NCBI RefSeq assembly: GCF_006345805.1
Contig: NC_043008.1
Coordinates: 53,506,001 to 53,570,000 of the forward strand
Source: Octopus sinensis
Lineage: Eukaryota
Length of the DNA stretch: 64,000 nt
Direction of reading: 5' to 3'
The position numbers and the translations under genes are program-made. Positions 29,282-40,914 of the stretch are shown here, piece after piece. The notes under the pieces were generated by a model that saw only the letters and a list, made by a program, of their open reading frames with translations, made no database searches and was not told where the DNA came from. The stretch's first letter is position 1. Every line of letters starts with the position of its first letter.

Positions 29282-30312
29282 TGTGTATAATTATATACTA
29301 ATTATGTACTAATTATTATTTCGTACTTTATTCAGTTCTAGGTAAATATTTAATCGTAACTTTAATTTTTCTATATGGTATGATTCAATTCTATCATTGT
29401 TGAATTGCTACATGGTGGTTCTTCTCTAATTTATATATATATATATATTATATATATATATTATATATATATATATAATATATATATGCATATGTGTGTA
29501 GGTGTGAGAGTATGTTTGTGTGTGAGCGTGTCTATTTGAGTATGTATCAGTGTGTCTGTGTTTGTTCCCCACCATTGCTTGATAACAGCTGCTGGTTTGT
29601 TAACGTTCCATTCAGAGTGCAGTTTGGCAAATTAAGAGAGGGAAGAATAAGTACAAGATTTATTCAAAAGGTAGTGCTCCAGCATGGACCCAATAAAATG
29701 ACTGACGCGAGTAAAATATAAAATACAAGCTTGATAAAGACGTAACCCGGTTCTGTATCAGGATACGTTGATTAGGATTCAGTCCACGGATAGAAATATC
29801 TGCAGTTCGACGTACCATGTACTGCTACTGCTGCTCTCTGTAGTAAAAGCAATTTTTAGGTAGCTTAAGCTAACTATCAGAATATAAAATACCCAGCGTG
29901 TGTTCTTCATAATTGACAAGCGTTTCTCATTACTTCGCAATTTTCAGACCAAAGTATACCCCCAGGAGCGGGTGTAAAAGACAAGCGATCTGTAAAGGTA
30001 ATTGACCTCAAGTAACCGTACAAATAGTGCTTATTCAGCAATCACTTACTGCAATAGTAACTAGGAAAACTGGACTTTATATTGATAAAAAAATATCATG
30101 ATTTAATGTTGATGACATTTTAAGGTCTGTGAGTCTGTTCTATGTAAAGATATCGACATGGGTAAGTAATTAGGTTTTCAATCAAGGGGTTTCTGGTTTA
30201 GTCCCACTGGGGAAGTGTCTTCTAATATAGCATCGGCCCGACCAATAACTGTGTGAGAGAATTTGGTAGACTGACACAGAGTAGCAACCTGTCGGATGGG
30301 ATTGCTTGTGTA

Positions 30313-30358
<46 letters not shown>
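28182..30358. repeat. Tandem duplication of a 1072-bp unit bounded by (TG)n
   Basis: Identical ORFs at 28422 and 29494. The copies differ only in microsatellite length as far as can be read. Confidence 0.95.
28876..28925 (+). CDS. Candidate 50-nt coding exon (PKYTPRSGCKRQAICK), duplicated at 29948-29997
   Basis: Acceptor cgcaattttcag and donor AAG|gtaatt. Phase-compatible with the exon at 31799. No homologue recognised. Confidence 0.3.
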
Positions 30359-30360
<2 letters not shown>

Positions 30361-30899
30361 TGTTTACGTTTTGGTGTTAGTTTTTTTATGTTCCTGTAAC
30401 TAGAGATTCGACTAAATGCTCCGATTGAATAAGTACCAGATTTAACCAGAAAATAAGTATTGGACTGAATTTGGAAGACAAAATTTTTCAAGGCGGTATT
30501 CCCTGCATGGCCGCAGTTCTATAAAGTGTAAAACACCCAAGGCAAACCATGTTTCGATTTCTAATTGAATCTCGTCAGTGCAGAAAAAGAGGCGTCTGCA
30601 TGGCATCGAATAATACACACGTGTGTATTATTTCATTCTACGACGTCGGAAAGCTACTGTTTTACTAAGGAACTGGAATTACTGTACTGTTAAGAATTCC
30701 CCTAAAATTAATTCTTAGTATTAAATCAAACAATTCTGCCCCTTGAAATGAAATGTCAAGGACAACCTTAAGATAGTTCCATTTAAAGGTATTTTGTTGT
30801 ATTTTCATATTTTTATTTCTGGGCTTCTTCATTATTGAGAAATTATATTATTAAAGTTAAACCAATCACCTTGATAGTTGTTCATACCATTATTATAAT

Positions 30900-31228
30900 G
30901 GCGTGAAGGCGCGTTGCTTAGTGGTTAGGGCATTCCGCTCACGATTGTAAGGTCGTGAGTTCAATTCCCGGCGAAGCGTTCTGTCCTTCAGCGACACACT
31001 TTATTTCACGTTTCTCCAGTCCATTCAGCTGGCAAAAATTAGTTGTACCCGTATTCCAAAGGGCTGACCTTGTCACAATCTGTGTTACGCTGAATCTCCC
31101 TGAGAACTATGTTAGGGGTACACGTGGTGTCTGTGGATTGCTCAGTCACTTGCACGTTAATTTCACGAGCAAGCTGTTCCGTTGATCGTATCACCTGGGA
31201 CCCTCGTCGTTGTAACCGACGGAATGCT
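30900..31228 (+). mobile_element. tRNA-derived SINE sharing its 3' core and tail with the 11228 family
   Basis: Different head (gcttagtggttagggcattc...gttcaattcccggcga) but the same ccttgtcac...cacgttaatttcacgagc...gtaaccgacgg tail. Confidence 0.85.
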
Positions 31229-31798
31229 CCTCTATTATAATGTCAAAGAATATTCTGGCATCTCTCTTGTTGATTATATATCCCTCGCGCCATTATCTAT
31301 TAATATTTGTTGTTGCTATCGTAATCATTGTAGCTGTCTGATTCACCCATCCTTTTTTTTTACCATTCGTGTAATGGAGGCTCTCAAAACTAGATAAATT
31401 GCTGACACTGTTGTTTCTCTTTTGTTGGACATTTTTTATTGGAAAGTAAAGGACTGTTTATGACTTGTTCAATTAACAATAATCAATACACAACATCTTA
31501 TTGTACTATAGAAACCTTTTGTTTAATTAAACACGACATTACCACTTCTTTTACCGATTGAAGGACAGATAAATCTTAAACTAAACTTGAAACAACAACG
31601 ACTTCTTTTTAGAATCCTGTAATATGTATGTCTTACAATACTGCCACCTACTTGGTCGAAATTGTTGACTTAATCCATCCTAATACTATAACCACTTGTA
31701 CACAAGCAAGCTACAACCATTTCAGTGATACTCTGCTCACTTTCATGTATCAGCCATCCATCCCACTTGTAAATAATAATATTTCAAGTTTATTTCAG

Positions 31799-31902
31799 AT
31801 GAAATCTTCAGAGAAATCCAAGAACGATCAATATCTCGGCAAGCATCAACTTCAGACATGCGCAGCTCTCGAAGCTCAAAGGAAAATTTTAGTCGTCTCT
31901 GA
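31799..31902 (+). CDS. Candidate terminal coding exon (DEIFREIQERSISRQASTSDMRSSRSSKENFSRL*)
   Basis: Acceptor tttatttcag, open frame to TGA at 31900-31902, AATAAA near 32140. No family recognised. Confidence 0.33.
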
Positions 31903-32916
31903 TTCCTTTCGTATCTCTTGGGAATCCATGAACATTATTCTCGACAAAACAATGGAATGCTTGTTATCGATGAAATTAGAATGACGCTTTGTTTCTGGAC
32001 CATTTACAAAACGAATCTTAAGTTTATCAATAGATAAATAGATTTCAATGACATCACATCTTTCGTTCCCGCTTGTCTTATTGATTACCAATCTTGATTA
32101 TATCATAACTGATTTAACTATTCACCATTCCTTTTAAATAAATAATAAGGAACGTTGCGAGCAATGTTGTGTTCTTCACACAAATGCCAATATTACTTCA
32201 CTTTGCAAGAAATTCATTCTCCTTAACTAATGATATATATTTCCTATTCACTTCCATGCAAATGGAATACTCTTGTTTTAAATGTAGAATATTAAATTAT
32301 ATTTTCTGTGTATATGAAAAGGAAGACTCTCGTGGATTAGACACTGGAGCCATTCTTTGAGAAAGGAAAAAAGTTAACCGAATTTTTTATCAAATGGATT
32401 TCAAGACTTGATAGAAAAAAAATTTTGAGTTAAATCGAAAACGAAAAATGGAATCTGAAATTTCAATTCGAATCTCAATAGAAAACTAATAAATTTGAAA
32501 GAAAATTAAATTAATAACCCGTTTTATAGCTTAATTCTTTGTATCTATCTCACGTACATTCTCCCGAGAAAAGAGTCACAATTACTAGAATTATAGAGAA
32601 ATTGGAATTATCAATGTTGCGTAAAAGGAAAATAATGTATTTCAAAAGATTAGTTAGTCATGGGAGGATATGAAATACCATAACTATTGGAGTTATTTTA
32701 TGATTGATAAGATTGACGCTGTTTATATTCATTTTATACCTCTGTAGATCAATGATTATAGGAAAAGCCACACTGTCGGAGAGGGAAGTCCACAAAGCTG
32801 CAAATGTCGAAAGGAAGCAACTGGGGAAGGATTTCATGTAAAAACTGGGAGACGAGAAAGAGTTGAGGCAAAGTCACAGGAAGAGGCAGGTGAGTCGAGT
32901 GTGTCTTTATAGAATA

Positions 32917-33206
32917 CTAGCAGTATCGCCCGGCGTTGCTCGTGTTTGTAAGGGAAATAACTATACAACATTTTTAGAGAGTTACTTCCCTCTAAATAAA
33001 TATGCATGAAAATGGAAAAAAATGATGGTAAATTATTTTAAAAATCGTAGACTCATCGTAGACGCGCGCTAATACCCAGAAGGGCTCGATATGAATCACG
33101 ACTGTAAGATACCCGGTTTTGGTTAAACTGCACCGCAAAATGTGGGAGTAGTTAGGAATCTAAATCGGAGTAGACAGACACACAACTTCACTTTTATATA
33201 TAAAGA
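32917..33206 (-). mobile_element. Non-autonomous Helitron (290 bp)
   Basis: Minus strand begins TCTTTATATATAAAA and ends CTAG, between host A and T. Subterminal hairpin cacgagcaacgccggg. No TSD. Confidence 0.8.
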
Positions 33207-33216
33207 TGTAATACAG

Positions 33217-34290
33217 TTTGTTATTTCAGAGGTTAGAAGGAGCGGGTATAAAACATAGCTATTTCATAGTAGAGAACTCGGATATGCTGAGTGTCTCAGA
33301 GAGGTAGGGAGAGTGACAGAGACAGATAGTCAGATAAAGAGACCTACATACAAATACGAATTTCAGTGGATATTTGAGGGGGCGAAAGTCTAGGTACATT
33401 TGGCTACCTGTTTCAGGTAAGTGAACCCGGTATGCATTAGATTGTTCCGAAATAAACCGAATGGGTATGAAGATTTCAGAGGTGCGAAAATGGAAGCACT
33501 CCGTCGGTTACGACGACGAGGGTTCCGGTTGATTCGAATCAACGGAACAGCCTGCTCGTGAAATTAACGTGTAAGTGGCTGAGCATTCCACAGATACGTT
33601 TACCCTTAACGTAGTTCTCGGGGATATTCAGCGTGACACAGAGAGTGACAAGGCCGGTCCTTTGAAATACAGGTACAACAGAAACAGGAAGTAAGAGTGA
33701 GAGAAAGTTGTGGTGAAAGAGTACAGCAGGGATCACCACCATCCCTGCCGGAGCCACATGGAGCTTTAGGTGTTTTCGCTGAATAAACACTCACAACGCC
33801 CGGTCTGGGAATCGAAACCGCGATCCTATGACCGCGAGTTCGCTGCCCTAACCACTGGGCCATTGCGCCTCCACAGAGGTGCGAAAACGGGTATGCGGAT
33901 AGGAGAGCACGGGAACGCAGCTCGATATTTCAGAGGACGGAACGCGGGTATGCAGTGAGGCAGTTGAGAGAAGAGAGAGGGCGGTTTACAGTCAGTGCTT
34001 TGAGAAGAGAGCGAGCAGGTATGCAGATAACAATTTCAGTGAATTAAAAGCAGTATGCTGCAAGCTATTTCAAACAGGTGAAAGCGGGTATATTGATAGC
34101 TATTTTCAATGAAGTGAATGCTAGTAACCAGATAGATTTATTTTCAGAGAAGAGAAAATGAATATAACTGATTCAGAAATGAGAAAGTGGGTATTGAGTT
34201 AGCTATTTCTGAGGGGAAAAAAAGCGTGTATTCAGAAGGAGAAAATAAAAAGAGAAAGCGGGTATACTGCTGGCTATTTCAGCGTAATAT
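33217..34290 (+). repeat. Eroded minisatellite of about 35 bp (approx. CAGAGRNGNGAAAGCGGGTATGCNGATAGCTATTT), interrupted by a SINE
   Basis: Recurring gcgggtat and agctatttca motifs at 30-40 bp spacing. Confidence 0.6.
33491..33873 (-). mobile_element. Young tRNA-derived SINE with 14-bp TSD
   Basis: Reverse complement of the 11228 family. TSD CAGAGGTGCGAAAA at 33477-33490 and 33874-33887. Confidence 0.92.
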
Positions 34291-34453
34291 TAATTAAATA
34301 CGAAGAAAAGGAGTAATAAGAAAAACTTGAACAACGTCCATTGACTATGAAAAAAGGGTCAGATATATTATTATGTAAAGATCAGAATGTGACGTTATAA
34401 TTGCTTAGGAAATAAGTGGTGACAAAGGTAGTAGACACACAGACAGACAGAGA

Positions 34454-34504
<51 letters not shown>

Positions 34505-34601
34505 GAACAAGTTTTTCAGAGACATATATTGAAAGGAAGAGCAACTGAGAATAATACTTGACTTTAGTTTTCAATAAATGCATTCATTGCATATATATAT
34601 A

Positions 34602-34645
<44 letters not shown>

Positions 34646-35336
34646 TATATATATGTAACGTTAAAAAAAACACAAACTGGGACAAGAACGTGAAACATTT
34701 TGAAGACGACAAAAAAACACACAGACGGGACTTTCGAAGCTCTCAGTCATCAGTCAAGAACCAGATCATCTTCGCAATTTCGGCTGATTAATCTTGAGAT
34801 TGCTCCAATCTGGGCAGCCCGCCAAGGGAAATCTAAGCCAGTCGCATTAGATTCCTTGGAAGAAAACCTCGAAAGTATACAACACGGTGACGGAAAAACG
34901 GACGATGTTACTCGAAAAAAAATTCAAAAATACGTAAAAACAATAACGATAGCACGGATAAAAATACAAAATAACGTAAAAACAATAATAACAAAACCAG
35001 GACGTCAGGACAAGCGTCTTTCGACAGGACGAGTTGAGTATAGGCTGGCTGTGGAACAAGTGCCTGAAGGCAAACGGAGCACAAACACATACGTGTGGTC
35101 ACACCAACTACTTGATGCGAAAAGGCAGTGGTAGCTAGCTGCTCACGTGAGCACAAAAAGGAGAAAGGGACAGATGAAGAGAGAAGCAAGAGAGGGAAAG
35201 GGACAGGTCAAGTGGGGTATAAGGTCTGAGAGGCAGAGAAATGTGGGAGAGGAGGGACGGAGGAGAGAGAAAGAAAGAAGGGGAACAAGGGAGGAGAAGA
35301 AAAAGAGGGAAGAGACAGAACAAGGGGAGTGCAAAG

Positions 35337-35393
<57 letters not shown>

Positions 35394-35607
35394 TCTCTCT
35401 TACTCTTTTACTTGTTTCAGTAATTTCACTGCGGCCATGCTGGAGCACGGCCTTTAGTCGAAGTAATCTACCCCAGAACTTATTTTTTGTAAGCCTAGTA
35501 CCTATCAGTCTCTTTTTGCCGAACCACTAAGTTTCAGGGACGTAAACACAGCGTCGGTTGTCAAGCGATGTTGGGGAGACAAACACAGACAGAAACATAT
35601 ACATACG

Positions 35608-35668
<61 letters not shown>

Positions 35669-35952
35669 TATATATATAAAAATTTAGCAATTAAGGACAA
35701 CTACTTAATAAGGAAAACTTAACAAGAAATTGTCAGGTAGATAGCGTAAAAACCTCATAAGAGAAAAAATTTCGAAAATAATTATTTCTTATTGAACATA
35801 TTAATTTATATATAGAGGGCATTATACATACATGCCAGGAGGCATTCTACATATACGCCATACGCTAAGAGGGACAATCAGTCATTTCTACCAAAAATAT
35901 TACTAATCCCACCGAATGCAATTTTTCAAAGAAAGACATTTAAAAATATATA

Positions 35953-35998
35953 GACCTGTATCACAGTGATTTCATACTTACGTAATCATCAGCAGGCC
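35953..35998 (-). ncRNA. Type I hammerhead ribozyme fold (inverted copy)
   Basis: Reverse complement of the motif at 36456-36501. Confidence 0.65.
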
Positions 35999-36455
35999 TG
36001 AATATACTATAAATAAACAACGACCCTGCCTCGCTTAAGCCGATCAGCTAACTGATCAACATCAACGACGCACATGGGTGGGTTTATATATACTATATCC
36101 GGATGAATGGCTCCTGGCATGTATGTATAATGCCTCGTGGCATGTATGTATAATGCCCTCTATATATAAATTAATATGTTCAATAAGAAATAATTATTTT
36201 CGAAATTTTTTCTCTTATGAGGTTTTTACGCTATCTACCTGACAATTTCTTGTTAAGTTTTCCTTATTAAGTAGTTGTCCTTAATTGCTAAATTTTTATT
36301 CCGAAAAAACTTTTCCTCTCCGAAATGCAATTCGTAAAAGTTTGCCATTCATCCGGATATAGTATATATAAACCCACCCATGTGCGTCGTTGATGTTGAT
36401 CAGTTAGCTGATCGGCTTAAGCGAGGCAGGGTCGGGTTTATTTATAGTATATTCA

Positions 36456-36501
36456 GGCCTGCTGATGATTACGTAAGTATGAAATCACTGTGATACAGGT
36501 C
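36456..36501 (+). ncRNA. Type I hammerhead ribozyme fold
   Basis: GGCCTG CTGATGA T TAC GTAA GTA T GAA ATCAC T GTGAT A CAGGTC. Stem I, CUGAUGA, stem II with GNRA loop, GAAA, palindromic stem III and an AUA site are all present. Confidence 0.65.
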
Positions 36502-36932
36502 TATATATTTTTAAATGTCTTTCTTTGAAAAATTGCATTCGGTGGGATTAGTAATATTTTTGGTAGAAATGACTGATTGTCCCTCTTAGCGTATGGCGTG
36601 TATGTAGAATGCCTCCTGGCATGTATGTATAATGCCCTCTATATATAAATAATATGTTCAATAAGAAATAATTATTCGAAATTTTTTCTCTTATGAGGGT
36701 TTTACGCTATCTACCTGACATTTCTTGTTAAGTTTTCCTTATTAAGTAGTTGTCCTTAATTGCTAAATTTTTATTCCGAAAAAACTTTTCCTCTCCCGAA
36801 ATGCAATTCGTAAAAGTTTGCCATTCATCCGGATATAGTATATATAAACCCACCCATGTGCGTCGTTGATGTTGATCAGTTAGCTGATCGGCTTAAGCGA
36901 GGCAGGGTCGTTGTTTATTTATAGTATATTCA

Positions 36933-36978
36933 GGCCTGCTGATGATTACGTAAGTATGAAATCACTGTGATACAGGTC
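36933..36978 (+). ncRNA. Type I hammerhead ribozyme fold (second tandem copy)
   Basis: Identical to 36456-36501, 477 bp downstream. Confidence 0.65.
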
Positions 36979-37308
36979 TATATATTTTTAAATGTCTTTC
37001 TTTGAAAAATTGCATTCGGTGGGATTAGTAATATTTTTGGTAGAAATGACTGATTGTCCCTCTTAGCGTATGGCGTGTATGTAGAATGCCTCCTGGCATG
37101 TATGTATAATGCCCTCTATATATAAATATATATATATATATATACGACGGGCTTCTTTCACTTTCCGGCTACCAAATCCTCTCACAGGGTTTTGGTCGGC
37201 CCAAGGCTATAGTAGAAGACAATTGCCCAAGGTCCCATGCAGTGGGACTGAACCCGGAACCATGTGGTTCGTAAGCAAGCTACTTACCAGACAGCCACTC
37301 CTACGCCT

Positions 37309-37399
<91 letters not shown>

Positions 37400-37600
37400 G
37401 GGAATAAATCCAAATTTACAGGGAAAAATCAGATTTAGGATTGAATCCAATTTTATAGTAAAATATTATATTATATTATATTAGAGACAAAACCACTAAA
37501 ATAATTTATATAAATTATTTTATGTATTGGCTTAAGTTTTTCTTTGTTTGATTTGCATAATAGTGGTTTTGTCTCTAATATAATATAATATATATATATA

Positions 37601-37659
<59 letters not shown>

Positions 37660-39209
37660 GAAAGAGAGATAGTGATGCAAATGAACACAATTTGGCCTGA
37701 TATATAATGTATACATATGAATATGTATAGGGATACATGCAGAGAAACAAAACCTGAAAGTATTCAGAAAATGAACACTCGTGTATAAGCGTGTATATAT
37801 TTATAAGTTAACTCAATAAATTTAGATACTACAAAAAATATAGAAATCTAAGCGGAGAGGGCATTGTATTTCAGGTCCGACAGCTGTTTCTGGGTTCTCG
37901 GAATTATGTAATGGTTGTAATGTTAGCAGATGGAGTGTGCAAACATTCAAGGATATGCAACCAGTAGTGAATGCATATAAGCATTGCCGTAAAGCCGGCC
38001 TCTATCTTCAAGGTGGAAAAATTGGTAACTACCTGACCTCGTGTATTTCACTTTTTGCCCGCCTTACACTCTTGCAAAAAATACAAAGTAAATTCTATCT
38101 CCATAAAAAATCCCCTGCGGAAAGTTTCTTTTAAGATAGAGTGTTGGCGGCAAGATATATATGTGCACGCGTGTGTGTGTGTTTGTTTGTGTGTGTGTGT
38201 GTGGTGTGTGTGTGTGTGTGTGTGTGTGTAACTTTATGTGTTTTGTTTGTTTTCCCTAAAAATTGTGGATCAGCAAAAGAAAGTGATAAATTAAGTACCA
38301 GAAGTTCGGATCGATCTATTTGACTAAACCTTCGAAAGCGGTGCCCCAGCATTGGCTGAATCCAATGATATAAGCAAGTAAAAAAGAAAAGACACCCCAA
38401 CAAAAGTAGATGACGTCATTCATAAAAAATATTCTATTGGATTGAAGTGAGCTGACGTGTGACGTTTTGGACAAAATCTTTCTTCAAAACTTCCAAACTC
38501 ACACTTTCACCCATTAGCCGAAGTAAATATCATGAATTATATTAAATTAGTACCTACAAATTACTTGGAAAAATCTATTCTTCCTGATATCATTTCCATT
38601 TTATGCTGGAATTACTATATAATGAGACATTAGTTTATAGAGAGATTACATCTCTTAAGATTAATGCAAACGCTGCTGACAGGAATCCAGCAATCAGGAA
38701 ATTGTGCGATCTCCTAACTGTTGTCGGAATTATATTTAGAATGCGATTATTTAAAGACTCCAGCCGATTATTAATTCACTGCAATCAACACGGCATTGTC
38801 AAAACTCATTGTTTCAACGGTTAATCGACATGAATTCGTTATATTTGTTACCATATTTCTGTTGGAATTCGTTGCAATTGTTTCAATAAATTTAAAAGAT
38901 AATGAAGAATTTAGAATAATATAATGAGGAATTAAGTAGAACATACCATTAATGAATTAAAAATTAATTTTCAATGAATAGTTACAATTTATATCTTAGA
39001 AGCAGAAGCGGTCTTAAGCGGTTGAGTATCAAAAACGGTGATAAATTTTGTTACATGTAGTCTCATATAACTTATATATATACGTATTAAACAGTGAATT
39101 CTTGGGTTATGTTGTAGAACATTAGATAGTTTGGGGGTTGAATCTTTCATAGATCTACGAACCTTCGTCCTAGAACAGCCCAATAGTGCCTTTTATAAAT
39201 GTACAGTAC

Positions 39210-39520
39210 TCTTACTCTTTACTCTTTTACGCTTTCACTTGTTTCAGTCATTTGATTGCGGCCATGCTGGAGCACCGCCTTTAGTCGACCAAATCGACCC
39301 CAGGACTTATTCTTTGTAAGCCTAGTACTTATTCTATCAATCTTTTTTACTGAACCGCTAAGTTACGGAGACGTAAACACACCAGCATCGGTTGGCAAGC
39401 GATGTTGAGAGGGGGAAACACAGACACACAAACACACACATATATATACATATACTTATATATACGACGGGGTTCTTTCAGTTTCCGCCTACCAAATCCA
39501 CTCACAAGGCTTTGGTCGGT
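39210..39520 (-). mobile_element. Microsatellite-containing SINE, truncated
   Basis: Matches the family at 8298-8692. Confidence 0.85.
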
Positions 39521-39558
39521 CCCTTGCTCTCTCTTTCCCTTTCTTTTCTGGTCTTTAC

Positions 39559-40260
39559 TTACCTGGTGCCAAACGCTCCCAGCTTCCTTACCACAAGCTT
39601 CCATCGTTTCATGAATCTTTCTCGTAACAGGTACCTCTTCTCCAGCCTCGTCACTATGCTTCTCACACGCGTCTTCCATGCTGTTTCTTTCAATATGGCT
39701 ACTACGCAGAAAAAGCAAGCCTTCCTTTCCTTGTTAGACTCAGCTGATAGCTGTACTCTTCCCATCGATGACAACAGTTGTTCTGTGAAAGCTGTCAGTC
39801 CCGTTAATTCCGGACATTCCACAAATGCGTGTAAGACGGTTTCCCTTTCCCGCCCGCACCTTGGACATGTCGGTGAGACGGCACTTCCGTGCCTTGACAG
39901 CTTACTACGAACAGGTAATACTGCACCGAAGTACTGCCAAGCCAGGGATTTCTGGTAATTATCTAGGCACCCCGGCCCGAAAGGTCGATCTACTGATATT
40001 TATCGTGCCCCAGGGTCTCTAACCGCTCGATCCTGAATGGCTTCGAAAGGAAAACATTCACTTTTACGACAGACTCGATATCGCTGTACAACGAAGTACT
40101 CCAACCGCGGAAGGTCGGCTCAGGCCAGCCTTCTCGAGTACTGCCGCTAAGTACAGATGCCTTAGACTGGTCTAAATGTACCAGTAGCCCCCTGCGCTAG
40201 AAAGCTTCCCTACCTTCTCTAAGGAGTAGCTTATAAGGTGGAGATTGTCGCGGATCGCCC
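39559..40260 (-). mobile_element. 3' fragment of an L1/Tx1-like LINE
   Basis: LDNYQKSLAWQYFGAVLPVRSKLSRHGSAVSPTCPRCGRERETVLHAFVECPELTG contains the post-RT CxxC..H...C zinc-binding motif. Confidence 0.8.
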
Positions 40261-40298
<38 letters not shown>

Positions 40299-40914
40299 CG
40301 AGAAAGTGACTCAGCGACGTCAAATAAGCGGCGCCAAAATAGTTTTACTAAAAGCTCTCGTCCTCATTGTGTGAAGTCATTTAATTTTGGTTTAACCTTT
40401 CACATCGGGCAATCGCCAATAAGCAAGTTATCGAAAATATATCGATAGACAGTAATCAATACTAATCAAATATGTTTATTGCACCGTTTAATAAAACAAA
40501 AAAAAAATAAATAAATGTAAATTTGTCACAATTTTTTTTTTTAGTAAGATGACATATTCAGAATTAATTAATATACTTCAAGAGTTAAAACTATTAACTT
40601 GAAAATTAATTTTAAGTAGATAAAGTAACAAAATAATGACATTATCAACGTACTGTTACTTTGTCTTGAAATGGTTTTTGAAGTTTTCCCGTATTATCAC
40701 TGATTATCTGAAATAAAAGGTAAGTTAATTATTAATATGAAATTGCAATTCATTAAAATTTTTTTTGGAGATTTTAATTAAAAAGTATTTCAAACATAAG
40801 CACATTTAAAAAATTTGTAATTCGAATATTTTTGAAATCGATTTAAAAATTTTAAAATCTTTATTTAATATAATAATGATGGCAGTCGTAAAAGACAGCT
40901 TAAACAGGACATAA

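Larger units (their letters stand above)
35676..37125 (+). mobile_element. Hammerhead-bearing non-coding element (retrozyme or Penelope pLTR-like): one inverted plus two tandem copies of about 478 bp
   Basis: Direct units start at 36139, 36618 and 37095 (partial). 35676-36111 is a permuted reverse-complement copy. A 23-bp duplication marks the inversion junction, and both flanks are (TA)n. Confidence 0.8.
35385..37308 (-). mobile_element. Microsatellite-containing SINE split by a 1.45-kb insertion in its internal (TA)n
   Basis: The 3' half lies at 35385-35605 and the 5' half at 37143-37308, colinear with intact copies. Confidence 0.85.

Noticed and set aside
34700-35134. 144-aa ORF and a CTGATGA...GAAA motif on the minus strand near 34730-34765
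   Set aside because: No recognisable domain in the ORF, and the motif has no consistent stems.
38625-38710. Minus-strand hydrophobic exon candidate VRRSHNFLIAGFLSAAFALILRDVISL*
   Set aside because: Isolated, with no supporting exon chain.
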